From Thraustochytrium aureum (taxonomy: Eukaryota), in the NCBI GenBank assembly GCA_012862495.1, contig BLSG01000387.1, forward strand, positions 1 to 64,000: 64,000 bases of DNA, read 5' to 3'. The first letter of the stretch is position 1; each line of letters starts with the position of its first letter. The notes beneath the pieces were generated by a model that was given only the letters and a program-made list of their open reading frames with translations, had not been told where the DNA came from and ran no database searches. Shown here piece by piece: positions 12,204-21,319 of this stretch. The translations under genes were made by a program, and so were the position numbers.

Positions 12204-13517
12204 ATGGGGAGGTACATGGACAAGATGGTTGCGGGCGTGGTCTCCGAGCCACCCATGGACAGGGAAAGGGTCTTCATTGACGTCGGGAAGGACGATGGGA
12301 TGGAGCAGAGCAAGGTAGATGCGGAGGAGACGCAAAGGAAGGCGCAGCCGCGGGACGCCGGGTACACGCCCTCGGGCGGGTCGACCTGCCAGCAGAGCTC
12401 GCGGGTCATCATGCTGCTCCTGTTCGTGCTCACAGCCGCACTGGGGGCAATGGTGATCCAGGCGGCATTCGACATGAAAACAACCTTTGACCTGCGGCTC
12501 GCGGAGCTGCAAGTCCTTGAGACCAACGCGGACAACACGACCGCCGCGTACGTTGCGCAAGTCCAGTCGTTTGTGGATGCGTACCAGGCAGCTCTGGACG
12601 CGGGCACCTTGGACCCGATCAACGCGTGCGACGCGGCCTGGTTTGCCAACAGCTCGTCGAACGAGATCCACGACACGCTGGTGGGCACCTTTGAGCTCAT
12701 GGACAATTTGGTCGGATACGCCGTGATCCTGGGCACGATTTCAACCTGCATCTACCTGCTGGTAAAGTGCTGCGTCTCGTACAGCCTCGTGCTCGAGATT
12801 AACCGCGAGGACAACCCTGTTGGTGCGCCGGCCGCGGAGCGGCGCAGGTTCCAGCCCATCGTGATGATCGCGGGCATGCCGGAGACCGTGCAACAGCGGC
12901 GGACGCGCATCTACCTGCGCAGCGAGACGCTCGGCTACATGCTGGTCAACGCGCTGCAGGACGTCCCGCTCGTCACGTTCTCGCTGACCTACTACATGAT
13001 GACGCGCTCCACGCGCGGCACGACCTGCGCTCGGTGCTTTGACCAGCGCGAGGTGTGCGAGGTCGGCGACTTGTCCAGCCTCGATTCGACCGTCAAGTTG
13101 GCCATGGTCTTTGTGGGCCTGAGCTTGTTCTGGAACGTGGGCCTGCTCATGGAGCGCTGGGTCGAGTGGGTCAAGTACAAGCGCGAGATCCGGCAGGTCT
13201 ACTTCAACCCGCGCCGCTACCTGATCTTCGGCCTCCTTTTCATTGCGCTGTATTGCATCATCATCGTCACGCCCATGCTCATCCTCTACTACTACGAGAT
13301 TGGGCCCACCTACTTTGGCCTCGCAGGCGCGCAGCTGCAGGCCGTGCAGGTCGCGGGCTTTAGCGGCGCCGCGATTTGGGGTCTCGTCGCTGTCGGCGTC
13401 GTGCTGCTTGGCGGTCTCGACCTGGGCGAGATCATCTGCTTCCCGTGCCTGTGCTTTGAGGTTTGCGACGCAGCGTTAGAGCCTGCACAGGAAGCCTGCT
13501 GCTGCTTTTGCTGTTAG
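12204..13517 (+). CDS. Multi-pass membrane protein with Cys-rich C-terminal tail, unknown family
   Basis: About 6 hydrophobic segments, LQDVPL motif, ends CFPCLCFEVC...EACCCFCC. Start codon uncertain (several nearby ATGs). Confidence 0.75.
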   Translation: MGRYMDKMVAGVVSEPPMDRERVFIDVGKDDGMEQSKVDAEETQRKAQPRDAGYTPSGGSTCQQSSRVIMLLLFVLTAALGAMVIQAAFDMKTTFDLRLAELQVLETNADNTTAAYVAQVQSFVDAYQAALDAGTLDPINACDAAWFANSSSNEIHDTLVGTFELMDNLVGYAVILGTISTCIYLLVKCCVSYSLVLEINREDNPVGAPAAERRRFQPIVMIAGMPETVQQRRTRIYLRSETLGYMLVNALQDVPLVTFSLTYYMMTRSTRGTTCARCFDQREVCEVGDLSSLDSTVKLAMVFVGLSLFWNVGLLMERWVEWVKYKREIRQVYFNPRRYLIFGLLFIALYCIIIVTPMLILYYYEIGPTYFGLAGAQLQAVQVAGFSGAAIWGLVAVGVVLLGGLDLGEIICFPCLCFEVCDAALEPAQEACCCFCC

Positions 13518-13830
13518 CGAGGGAAGGTCCGCGTGCGCTCCTGACCATGCCGGTTTTGCCTCTGTACTCGGCTGAGCGGCTATCCCTCGTTGTAGGCCTT
13601 CTCGTAACAAAGCCTCGTTTTTTGATTTGATTTCTTGCGGGACGTTCCTCCGTCCAGCATGGGGTGCGTGACTCGTGGCCAAGCCCGAGCTCGCCCGAGG
13701 CCGGCTGGGCTTTCTTTGAGCCCTCACCGCCGGGCGTGCCGCGGCGGGCGGTTCCGCGCCGGGAGCAAAGAGTACAAACGCAACAACAAAGTTCACACGG
13801 TTTTATCGGGCTAGACAGGGCAGAATACCT

Positions 13831-14109
13831 CTAGAGGCGCTCGACAAAGGGCTTGCCGACGGTGTCGACGACGAGCATCTTGTACCCGGCGAGGCCGCAG
13901 GCAAACACGACGCAAAAGCCGACCGGGATGATTTCCGGCTTGGCGCGGGCGTCGAACCAGGTCTTGGTGATGCTGCCCTCCTTCTGGAGCACGTTGGGGT
14001 GGCCGCCGTGGCCCATGCCAACGCGGTTCAGGGGGATGCCGCCGACCTTGACCGAGGTCGAGCAGTTGCGCACCGCGAGGCGGGCGAACGGGGTCATGCG
14101 GGCGCTCAT
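13831..14109 (-). CDS. Small mitochondrial membrane protein, NDUFA4/B12D(MLRQ)-like, 92 aa
   Basis: Presequence-like MSARMTPFARLAVRN, then KPEIIPVGFCVVFACGLAGYKM resembling the PE(L/I)xP-TM motif of B12D/NDUFA4. Confidence 0.65.
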   Translation of the reverse strand: MSARMTPFARLAVRNCSTSVKVGGIPLNRVGMGHGGHPNVLQKEGSITKTWFDARAKPEIIPVGFCVVFACGLAGYKMLVVDTVGKPFVERL

Positions 14110-15173
14110 CTTTCTGTTTGGGGGTTTTCGAGTTGGTTGGGTTGGCCTGGGTTGAACGGCGGTTGCTGTGTTTGTTGCTTGTCGTTTGGGGTCTGCTGGC
14201 TGGGATGGCGCCGGCGGGGCTCTTTGCTTCAAGCTCCCTCCTTCCTTGACCACAGATACGGCCTCAGGCCGATCCGCCACTACACAAACTGCAGAAAAAG
14301 GTGAGAGCAAGCCGAAAAATGTCTGGTGGAGAGCACGTCCAACCCGGAAAGTGGACTCTTCACCAGCTCGCTCGCTCGCGCGACCGACCCACCCACGCAG
14401 GCAGGAGGGCCCTCTGGCTCGCGCAGACAGTCCGCCGCTCTGCCAGCGCAAAAGCGAGAGGTGAAATCGGCACGAGCGACGCACGCGAAGCGCAACTGAG
14501 CAAGACAACCAAGTAAGGGGCCCGACCGCCTGTTATCAATGGCTGCACGAGCAGCTGCCTGCGTGCACAACGTCACGGCTTTCACCACCAGTGACACCAA
14601 CCGCCGCCAGCCTGACTGCGAGCAGCCGCGCTGCACAAACCACTCGAACGCCAGCACCGTTTCTTTCATCGGTGAGCACTTTTGCGTCCTCCGAGCTGTG
14701 CGGTCACGCGATCGTCATCGACTTGCCCTGTCCGAGAAATACGACAATCGCCGTCACGCGCGTGGAAAGGATGAAAAAGCACAGATTCCCCTCCCCTCTT
14801 TCACATTTCGTTTCGATTATTCGCTTCTCCCTTTCTTTCTTTCTTTCTTTCTCCCTTTCTTTCTTTCGTCCGTTTGTCGTTGGACCCTTTCTTCACCTGC
14901 TGCTGATGACGAGGCGGCGCGATGTCAAATGCACGCTGCCCACACCCAACCAACCACGCAAACGGCCTGCAAGTCACTTGAATCCCGTGCATGTCTGTGA
15001 GGCGGTGGGGTCCTTGTGATGATTCTCGTCAGCCCCAGCACCCAACACGCGCGGTGCATACCCGTACATTCAACAAACCCCACGCACGCAGTGATGAGGA
15101 GATGAGGAGTGCGTGGTGCCTCGCACATGGGCATGCCAAGGAGCGACGTCGGAGGACAACGAAGTTGCTTGCA

Positions 15174-18100
15174 TCAGAATTCTTCAGAATGGTGCGCCAG
15201 CGAGCGAGGTAAGCGCAGCTGAGGCCGGGCGCGAGCCGGCGTCCTGCCTCTTCTTCGACTTGACCTATCCTTTTTCTTCCGCTTGCGGTCCTCCGACGTG
15301 GGATGGTCAGGGTCAGGCTTGTCAGGCTTGTCAACTTGGCGCGTGAGCGAGCTGGAAGACTCCGCCGGCGTCTTGACTCGCGACAGCGCCGATCGAGCCG
15401 CGGAAAGCGCGTCTTGCGCTTGGGAACGCTTGGCCTCCCGCGCTTGTCGGGACCTCGTCATCTCTTCCTCAAGCTTCCGCAAGTCCTCGTCCTCGTCGCT
15501 CAGGTCGTCAAAGCCGCCACCATCAGCGCTTTGCTCCGACGCGGTGGTCTCGCTGGAACCCGCCACAAGCACGAGCCCTGCGGCGGGACTCGGCTGGCGC
15601 TCCGGCTGAGGAGGAGGCTGCAACGTTGGCTCCTTGCTCCTGCGCTTGGGTTTCTTTTTCTTGCCTTTCTTCTCCCTGCCCTTGGACTTGGCTTTGTCTT
15701 TCTTGCTCTTGCTGCAACGAGTCTCAGCTTCGGTTCCGCCCTCGCCGGCGGGCGCGTTCGCTGCCGGTGCATCGTCGTCGACGTGGTCCCGCGGCTTCGC
15801 AGGCCCAGCGTCTGGGTGGCCCACAACCGCAGCGCACTCGTCGTCGAAATCGCTGTCGTAATGATCTTCGGCTTCTTCCTCGTCCGATATCGGGTTTCGG
15901 AAGTGCACATGCTTCGCGGACCCGGTCGGGCTCGGATTTGCAGACTCGGGCGCCCGCCAAGTCGCAGCACCGGCACCGCTTTGGGCGCTACCGGCACTCA
16001 AAAACGACGCATCCTCCAAGTACGCGTCCTCCTCGTCGCTTGGCCCGCTCTCGCCGCTCGCCGCTGGCACGGCCACGGCCACGTCTCCTGCGGACGCCGC
16101 GGCGTCACGGTACATTTCGTCTACGCGGACGATTCGCAGCGGCTTGGTCGCCGCATGGCCATGTGAGCCGCGGCGAGGGTCGGCGGGTCGTGTTCCTGCA
16201 GCGACGGTGCCGCGAAACACTTTCTGGATCTTGGTCGCGGCCTTTTGCCTGTTCAGAATGTGATTGCGGAATCGGTACCAGTTCTGCAAGAGGCGCGAAC
16301 TGCTGCGCTGCCTTGCAAAGTCGCGCTGTGCACTCCGGCGCCGATGGGTTGACTGGATTTTCACGGCTGCGAGCTCGTCCTCGCCGTGAGCGCTCGTCAA
16401 CTTGCTGCGTGCCACCCCCGACCTGTGCCCAAGTGCCGGGATCTCGCTCGGCACCGGAAGCGTCACCTGACAGCTCTGCGACAAAGCGTCAAGCGCAAAG
16501 CCCACCGAAAGCTCTGCGCGACAGCTGCGGTCAGAAACTCTCTGCACGGCACCTCGGAAGGCGCGGTCGATCGGCAAGAGCGCTCGCGTCATTCCGCGGG
16601 GCGCAGGCAGCCGCGCCCATGCAACTGCAGGCAAGCACCTTCCAAGGTGGTTGCTCCCCACTTCTGCAGGAAGCGGCCATGTCGGCAACCCGGTCCTGGC
16701 CCTCCAGTCCGCTTCGCACAGCACAACAAGAGCGCTCGCAGGCTGCTCGAGTGAATCGCGCACGCCCCAAAGCGAGTTGACCATGTCCGAGACAAATGCG
16801 TCGCGAGTGACACCCACTTTCGAGAGGCCTCTGCCCGGCATGTCGCTCGAGCCCACGCAAACGTGCACAGCAGCTGCCGAGCCTTTCGACTGGTCGACCC
16901 GGATCGATCGCTTGCGCAAGAACCCAACGTGCTGCGAGACGACTGCATAGCTCACGATATCCCCGTGCGTGCCGTCCACGAGACCTCCAAACGCGTTCAT
17001 CGCAAACCCAACCACAACGCTAGTCGCCCTGGCATCGCCCACAGCCCTTCCTGTGGCGCCGCTCGTCAGCCGCAGTTGCGTGCCAGACACGACGTCGCGT
17101 TTGAGGCCGTCCTCGAACCAGAGAGCCGTGCCGCCATCCACCAGCTTGGCCTCCCCCACGACTTGGCCCCCGTTCTTGGCAAATGCGACCTCGTACGCGC
17201 GGTCAGCCTCGGCCCCCGCTTCGCCAGTCACAAGAGGCGCCTCGAGCGCCATTTTGACTGGACCAGGTTGGGCGGAGGGGTATCCGAGGCAGTCATACTC
17301 CGCGAGCGCTCTTGAGATCGCAGCCCAGTGCTTGTCTCGAAGCAAGCATGGAGCAGGGCTCACCTGCCACCTTGGCACGTCCACAGTGCGCCGCGACAAA
17401 CCAAGCCGGCACAGGATACTACCGCTTGGCGTTCGCCGGACCACCCGGCCGGGGCTTGGGGACTCGTCCCCATCGGCTAGCCGCACTAACACCTTGGCCG
17501 AGGGAGCGAGCGCTTGGTACCCGAGCGAGTCTGCCAGGACGTCGTCCGCCGCGACGTTGGCCTTCGGTGCGCTAAACGGGCAGCAGTTGCACCAGGTCTT
17601 GGCCTTGGTGATATGCCAAGGCTTGGATTCTTGCAGCTGCGCACCCTCCCGCGGGGCGTCCGGCTCGTCCACCGCGTCGACCCGCACGACAAACCCGCCA
17701 GCTCCGCTACGCGACCCAGTTCTGCGCCCACAGAGGCAAGTTAGCCCTTGCGCGACCTGGTCAAGGACAAGCGTGCACCATCTCAAGCGAGGGGCGCCGT
17801 CGCGCAGCTCTACGACGATCGGCGCCAAAGGCTCGCAGCCAGGGCTGCAGACGCTCTGAACCGCGCGATTCGAGCCCTGCTCTGGCCGCCCGCTACCGCG
17901 GACGTCGCTACTCGCTTCTTCGTCGCTGCTGTCATAAAGCCAGCAACCTTCTGCCTCTGCAGCTGGCGAGCTGGGCGCAGCGTGCGGTTGGCCAAGCTCC
18001 GAGCCTTCGCTGCTAGGCCCAGAGCCCACTCGACCCTGGTCGACCTGTGGGGCGACGTCGACGTCTTCTGTGGCGGAAAACTCCCAGTCCTCGGTGCTCT

Positions 18101-19367
18101 CCGGGCTGAAAACCACCCGCGAGCCAACAAACTCGTCCAGATACACGCTGCCACCAGCATCCGTCTTGAGAACCATCGAGTCGCGGTACGGAATCGCCCC
18201 GGCGAGCTCTCCGGGCGAACCACCTTGGTTGTTTGACCCAGCCTTGCCGTCGCTTTTCAAGCAGAGCTCGAGGCGCCGGAGGCAATCGAGCGAGCCCAGC
18301 CCGCGCCTCTCGCAATCCACGCGAACAGGTATCCCGGCGCCTGGATTGTGCCCGCCTTTCGTGCGAATAGACACGTGAAGGGGGATGGTTCGCGCCAGAA
18401 AGATCCGCACGACAGCCGGTCCATCCTCGTCCACATAAATGCGTTGCTCGCTGTGCGGGGCGATCTGGCTCCAGCCAGCCAGCTGCACGCTAAAGGTGCA
18501 CAGAGATCCGCGCTCCGCTTCGACGAAAAACTCGTCCCGCAAGGTGGCGTGGCGTGGCCGCTCCGAAGCCTCGCTGGAGATGCTCAGGCGAGACTGCGCA
18601 GCATCCTCCGCTACGACGACAGCTTTGCTCGGGTCTTGCCCGCCCAGCGACAACGTTAGATCGTCAAGAAGCTCGAGCGGGCGGCCGTCGTGCGCTGAAA
18701 ACAGGCACACGTACACGCGTTGCAGCTTTCCGAGCAGATCGCAGGTTTCGCTCGGCTCGTTGTCGGCTCGGCCCCGCCGCGAGCCCGGGCGCGGTCTCGA
18801 GCGCGGACCTACGCCGCTTTGCGCCCGGCTTTTACTTGAATCGCAGGTTGCGTCCGTTCCAAGGCTCGCGCGCGATAGCCGTTGGCGACTCTGGGCCTGC
18901 TGCGCATATAGTGGGCCCCGTAGGCCCAGCCCGAGAAGGGTGTACAGCCGCGCCATGAGGCCACGCACCGTGGGGAACCGGTTCGACTCTACCTTGGAGA
19001 AAACCTCGTACCGCCTCGACCCGTTAATTACAAGAGATACTTCAAACGACCCCAGGATAGCGCCGTTCGCGCTGCGAGGCCGCTCCCGCTCGATCTCGAC
19101 GTCCTCCCCAAAGGTCTCTCTCACGGCGGCGCGCATCTCGTCGAACAAGCCCTCGTACTTGGCCGGATCATGCCGTGTGCTCACCTGCCGCTTGCTCTTA
19201 TTCGGGAGCACAAGCCCACAAAGCCGCACAGTTGGGGCGAGCCGAACTGCCTCCGCGAGGTCGTCACCGCCATGCCTAGGTGCCTGCTCGCCAACCTCCT
19301 CCCCCAGCCGCTGCCGCGGCTTGCTCCTGGCGCCCACCCAGTCCTGCTCTACCCTCGCATCGTCCAT
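15174..19367 (-). CDS. Large protein with N-terminal Rdx (SelW/SelT/SelH)-like domain and C-terminal IQ motifs
   Basis: About 1397 codons open. RHDPAKY...GSFEVSL...EVFSKVESNRFP is Rdx-like. IQ motifs AAVKIQSTHRR, LLQNWYR, AATKIQKVFRG. Acidic/lysine-rich tail. Confidence 0.7.
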   Translation of the reverse strand: MDDARVEQDWVGARSKPRQRLGEEVGEQAPRHGGDDLAEAVRLAPTVRLCGLVLPNKSKRQVSTRHDPAKYEGLFDEMRAAVRETFGEDVEIERERPRSANGAILGSFEVSLVINGSRRYEVFSKVESNRFPTVRGLMARLYTLLGLGLRGPLYAQQAQSRQRLSRASLGTDATCDSSKSRAQSGVGPRSRPRPGSRRGRADNEPSETCDLLGKLQRVYVCLFSAHDGRPLELLDDLTLSLGGQDPSKAVVVAEDAAQSRLSISSEASERPRHATLRDEFFVEAERGSLCTFSVQLAGWSQIAPHSEQRIYVDEDGPAVVRIFLARTIPLHVSIRTKGGHNPGAGIPVRVDCERRGLGSLDCLRRLELCLKSDGKAGSNNQGGSPGELAGAIPYRDSMVLKTDAGGSVYLDEFVGSRVVFSPESTEDWEFSATEDVDVAPQVDQGRVGSGPSSEGSELGQPHAAPSSPAAEAEGCWLYDSSDEEASSDVRGSGRPEQGSNRAVQSVCSPGCEPLAPIVVELRDGAPRLRWCTLVLDQVAQGLTCLCGRRTGSRSGAGGFVVRVDAVDEPDAPREGAQLQESKPWHITKAKTWCNCCPFSAPKANVAADDVLADSLGYQALAPSAKVLVRLADGDESPSPGRVVRRTPSGSILCRLGLSRRTVDVPRWQVSPAPCLLRDKHWAAISRALAEYDCLGYPSAQPGPVKMALEAPLVTGEAGAEADRAYEVAFAKNGGQVVGEAKLVDGGTALWFEDGLKRDVVSGTQLRLTSGATGRAVGDARATSVVVGFAMNAFGGLVDGTHGDIVSYAVVSQHVGFLRKRSIRVDQSKGSAAAVHVCVGSSDMPGRGLSKVGVTRDAFVSDMVNSLWGVRDSLEQPASALVVLCEADWRARTGLPTWPLPAEVGSNHLGRCLPAVAWARLPAPRGMTRALLPIDRAFRGAVQRVSDRSCRAELSVGFALDALSQSCQVTLPVPSEIPALGHRSGVARSKLTSAHGEDELAAVKIQSTHRRRSAQRDFARQRSSSRLLQNWYRFRNHILNRQKAATKIQKVFRGTVAAGTRPADPRRGSHGHAATKPLRIVRVDEMYRDAAASAGDVAVAVPAASGESGPSDEEDAYLEDASFLSAGSAQSGAGAATWRAPESANPSPTGSAKHVHFRNPISDEEEAEDHYDSDFDDECAAVVGHPDAGPAKPRDHVDDDAPAANAPAGEGGTEAETRCSKSKKDKAKSKGREKKGKKKKPKRRSKEPTLQPPPQPERQPSPAAGLVLVAGSSETTASEQSADGGGFDDLSDEDEDLRKLEEEMTRSRQAREAKRSQAQDALSAARSALSRVKTPAESSSSLTRQVDKPDKPDPDHPTSEDRKRKKKDRSSRRRGRTPARARPQLRLPRSLAHHSEEF

Positions 19368-19454
19368 CCGTCGTCGCCCGCTGGTCACCGGCCCAGTCTG
19401 CCTCAAGCGCGTCCAACAAGCTCAAACCGACCGCCAAGTTCCTACCCACAATCC

Positions 19455-19455
<1 letters not shown>

Positions 19456-19494
<39 letters not shown>

Positions 19495-19941
19495 GCCGCC
19501 TACCAGCAGACAGCGCCGAGTCTCCAGGGCAGCGCTCGACCTTCACTAGCGCGTGCGGCTCCGCGTGTCGGCCGCGCACCTCCAGGCCAAGTTGGGGCTC
19601 TCCTCGAGTTCCGCCGCACAACTGCCCACAACTTTCAGCCAGCCTCCCGACAGGCAGACAAAAGACAGCCAAAAGACAGACCGACAGACAGCAAACAGCG
19701 CTCGACCCCCGCCAGTGCCCGGCGTCCCCGCGCGGCTCCGCGTGTCGGCCGCGCCCCGTCGCGTCAAGCAGTGGCTCTCCCGAGTTCCGTCCCACAATCC
19801 CCCCGATCCCCACCAACCAGCCAGCCAGCCAGCCTCCCAGCCAGCCTCCGCCAGACACCAGCCAGCCTCCCGCCAGACAGCGCTCGACCCTCGCCAGCGC
19901 CCGGCGGCGCCCTCGCGCGGCTCCGCGTGGCGTCCGCCTGC
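19456..19941. repeat. (CAGC)n microsatellite plus three degenerate ~170-180 bp direct repeats running into a gap
   Basis: CAGCGCTCGACC...GCGGCTCCGCGTG core recurs at ~19530, ~19696 and ~19878. Confidence 0.75.
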
Positions 19942-20245
19942 NNNNNNNNNNNNNNNNNNNNNNNNNNNNNNNNNNNNNNNNNNNNNNNNNNNNNNNNNNN
20001 NNNNNNNNNNNNNNNNNNNNNNNNNNNNNNNNNNNNNNNNNNNNNNNNNNNNNNNNNNNNNNNNNNNNNNNNNNNNNNNNNNNNNNNNNNNNNNNNNNNN
20101 NNNNNNNNNNNNNNNNNNNNNNNNNNNNNNNNNNNNNNNNNNNNNNNNNNNNNNNNNNNNNNNNNNNNNNNNNNNNNNNNNNNNNNNNNNNNNNNNNNNN
20201 NNNNNNNNNNNNNNNNNNNNNNNNNNNNNNNNNNNNNNNNNNNNN

Positions 20246-21001
20246 CAGATGATGCTGGCGGCGCTTGAATGCGGCGGCGGGGACGAGCTGCGGAAGGCGC
20301 GGGTGGGCTGGAAGGTGGCCAACACGAACAAGTCCAGCCAGGCGTTCCTGGACGTGCCGCACCCGTTCTGCGCGCCGATGCTGGCGACGAGGACCTGGTT
20401 TGACGGTGCGAAGGACGGGGGGGCTGCTGCTGGCGCCGTAGTGCTTGAATCGGCGGCAATCAACCTTCGCCTCATCGAGCCCGAGATCGCGCTTGTTCTT
20501 GGCAAGGATTTACCTCCGCGAGAGTCGCCGTACACGCTCGAGGAGGTTGGCGCAGCAGTCGTCGGGATTTGCGGCGCGCTTGAAGTCGTGCACACCAGTT
20601 TTGAGGACTGGCAAACTGTCGGCGCCCCGAGCTTGGTGGCCGACCTGGGCTGCAACGGCGCCTTCGTGCTCGGCACGCCAGCTACCGACTCTCGAGTCGC
20701 CCCACGCCTTGTGCGGCGCGGGCTCGACAAGGTCCGAGTGGAGCTGTACAGGAACGGTGAGATCGTCGGAGAAGGAACCGGTGAGCGGGCCTTGGGAGGA
20801 CCCCTCCATGTCCTGGAGTGGTTGAGTAACGCTGTTTTGGCTCACTCGGGCGGGTCGGATTTTCTACGGCGTGGCGAGGTCGTGTCCACTGGGGTCCTCG
20901 TGGACCCACCTTATGCTTATGGAGGCCCCGGCGATACGTTTGAGGTGCGCTTCCCGGACCCGGAGGACGGTATTGCCTCGGTTTGCTGCAGTTTTCGCTA
21001 G
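20246..21001 (+). CDS. Fumarylacetoacetate-hydrolase-family 2-keto-4-pentenoate hydratase-like protein (5' end in gap)
   Basis: RVGWKVA, IEPEIALVLGKDL, GALEVV, VADLGCNGAFVLG, ALGGPLHVLEWL, LRRGEVVSTG: the MhpD/HpaH-type motif series. Confidence 0.85.
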   Translation, partial: QMMLAALECGGGDELRKARVGWKVANTNKSSQAFLDVPHPFCAPMLATRTWFDGAKDGGAAAGAVVLESAAINLRLIEPEIALVLGKDLPPRESPYTLEEVGAAVVGICGALEVVHTSFEDWQTVGAPSLVADLGCNGAFVLGTPATDSRVAPRLVRRGLDKVRVELYRNGEIVGEGTGERALGGPLHVLEWLSNAVLAHSGGSDFLRRGEVVSTGVLVDPPYAYGGPGDTFEVRFPDPEDGIASVCCSFR

Positions 21002-21244
21002 CGCTGCGAGCTTGCTCATGATGCAACGACTTGGACCGTCCCCCCATCCATCAGCCATCTAGCAACTGGTCGTTTCGGGCCTCTTCTTCGGACCACTGCA
21101 GTCTCTGGCTGTGGACGGAATAGAGGTCGACGGCTCAGGATTCGTCAATGCGGTGCCGTAGACCTCTCAAAACCAGGGTGTTTTTTTCAATCAAAAAGTA
21201 AATTTTACTGGGCGGCCAGTCTCTGGCCCTTCTTCAAAGCATAC

Positions 21245-21314
21245 ATAGGCCTACGAGTACGCTACCCACGCCGAACCAGATAGGCCTACGAGTACGCTAC
21301 CCACGCCGAACCAG
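21245..21314. repeat. Perfect 35-bp tandem duplication
   Basis: ATAGGCCTACGAGTACGCTACCCACGCCGAACCAG twice, ending 5 nt from the GPCR stop codon. Confidence 0.95.
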
Positions 21315-21319
21315 ATGGA

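Noticed and set aside
15174..19367. Selenoprotein
   Set aside because: No in-frame TGA or CxxU in the Rdx-like domain and no SECIS recognised.
21245..21314. 35-bp direct repeat as CRISPR or target-site duplication
   Set aside because: Only two abutting copies with nothing inserted between them.
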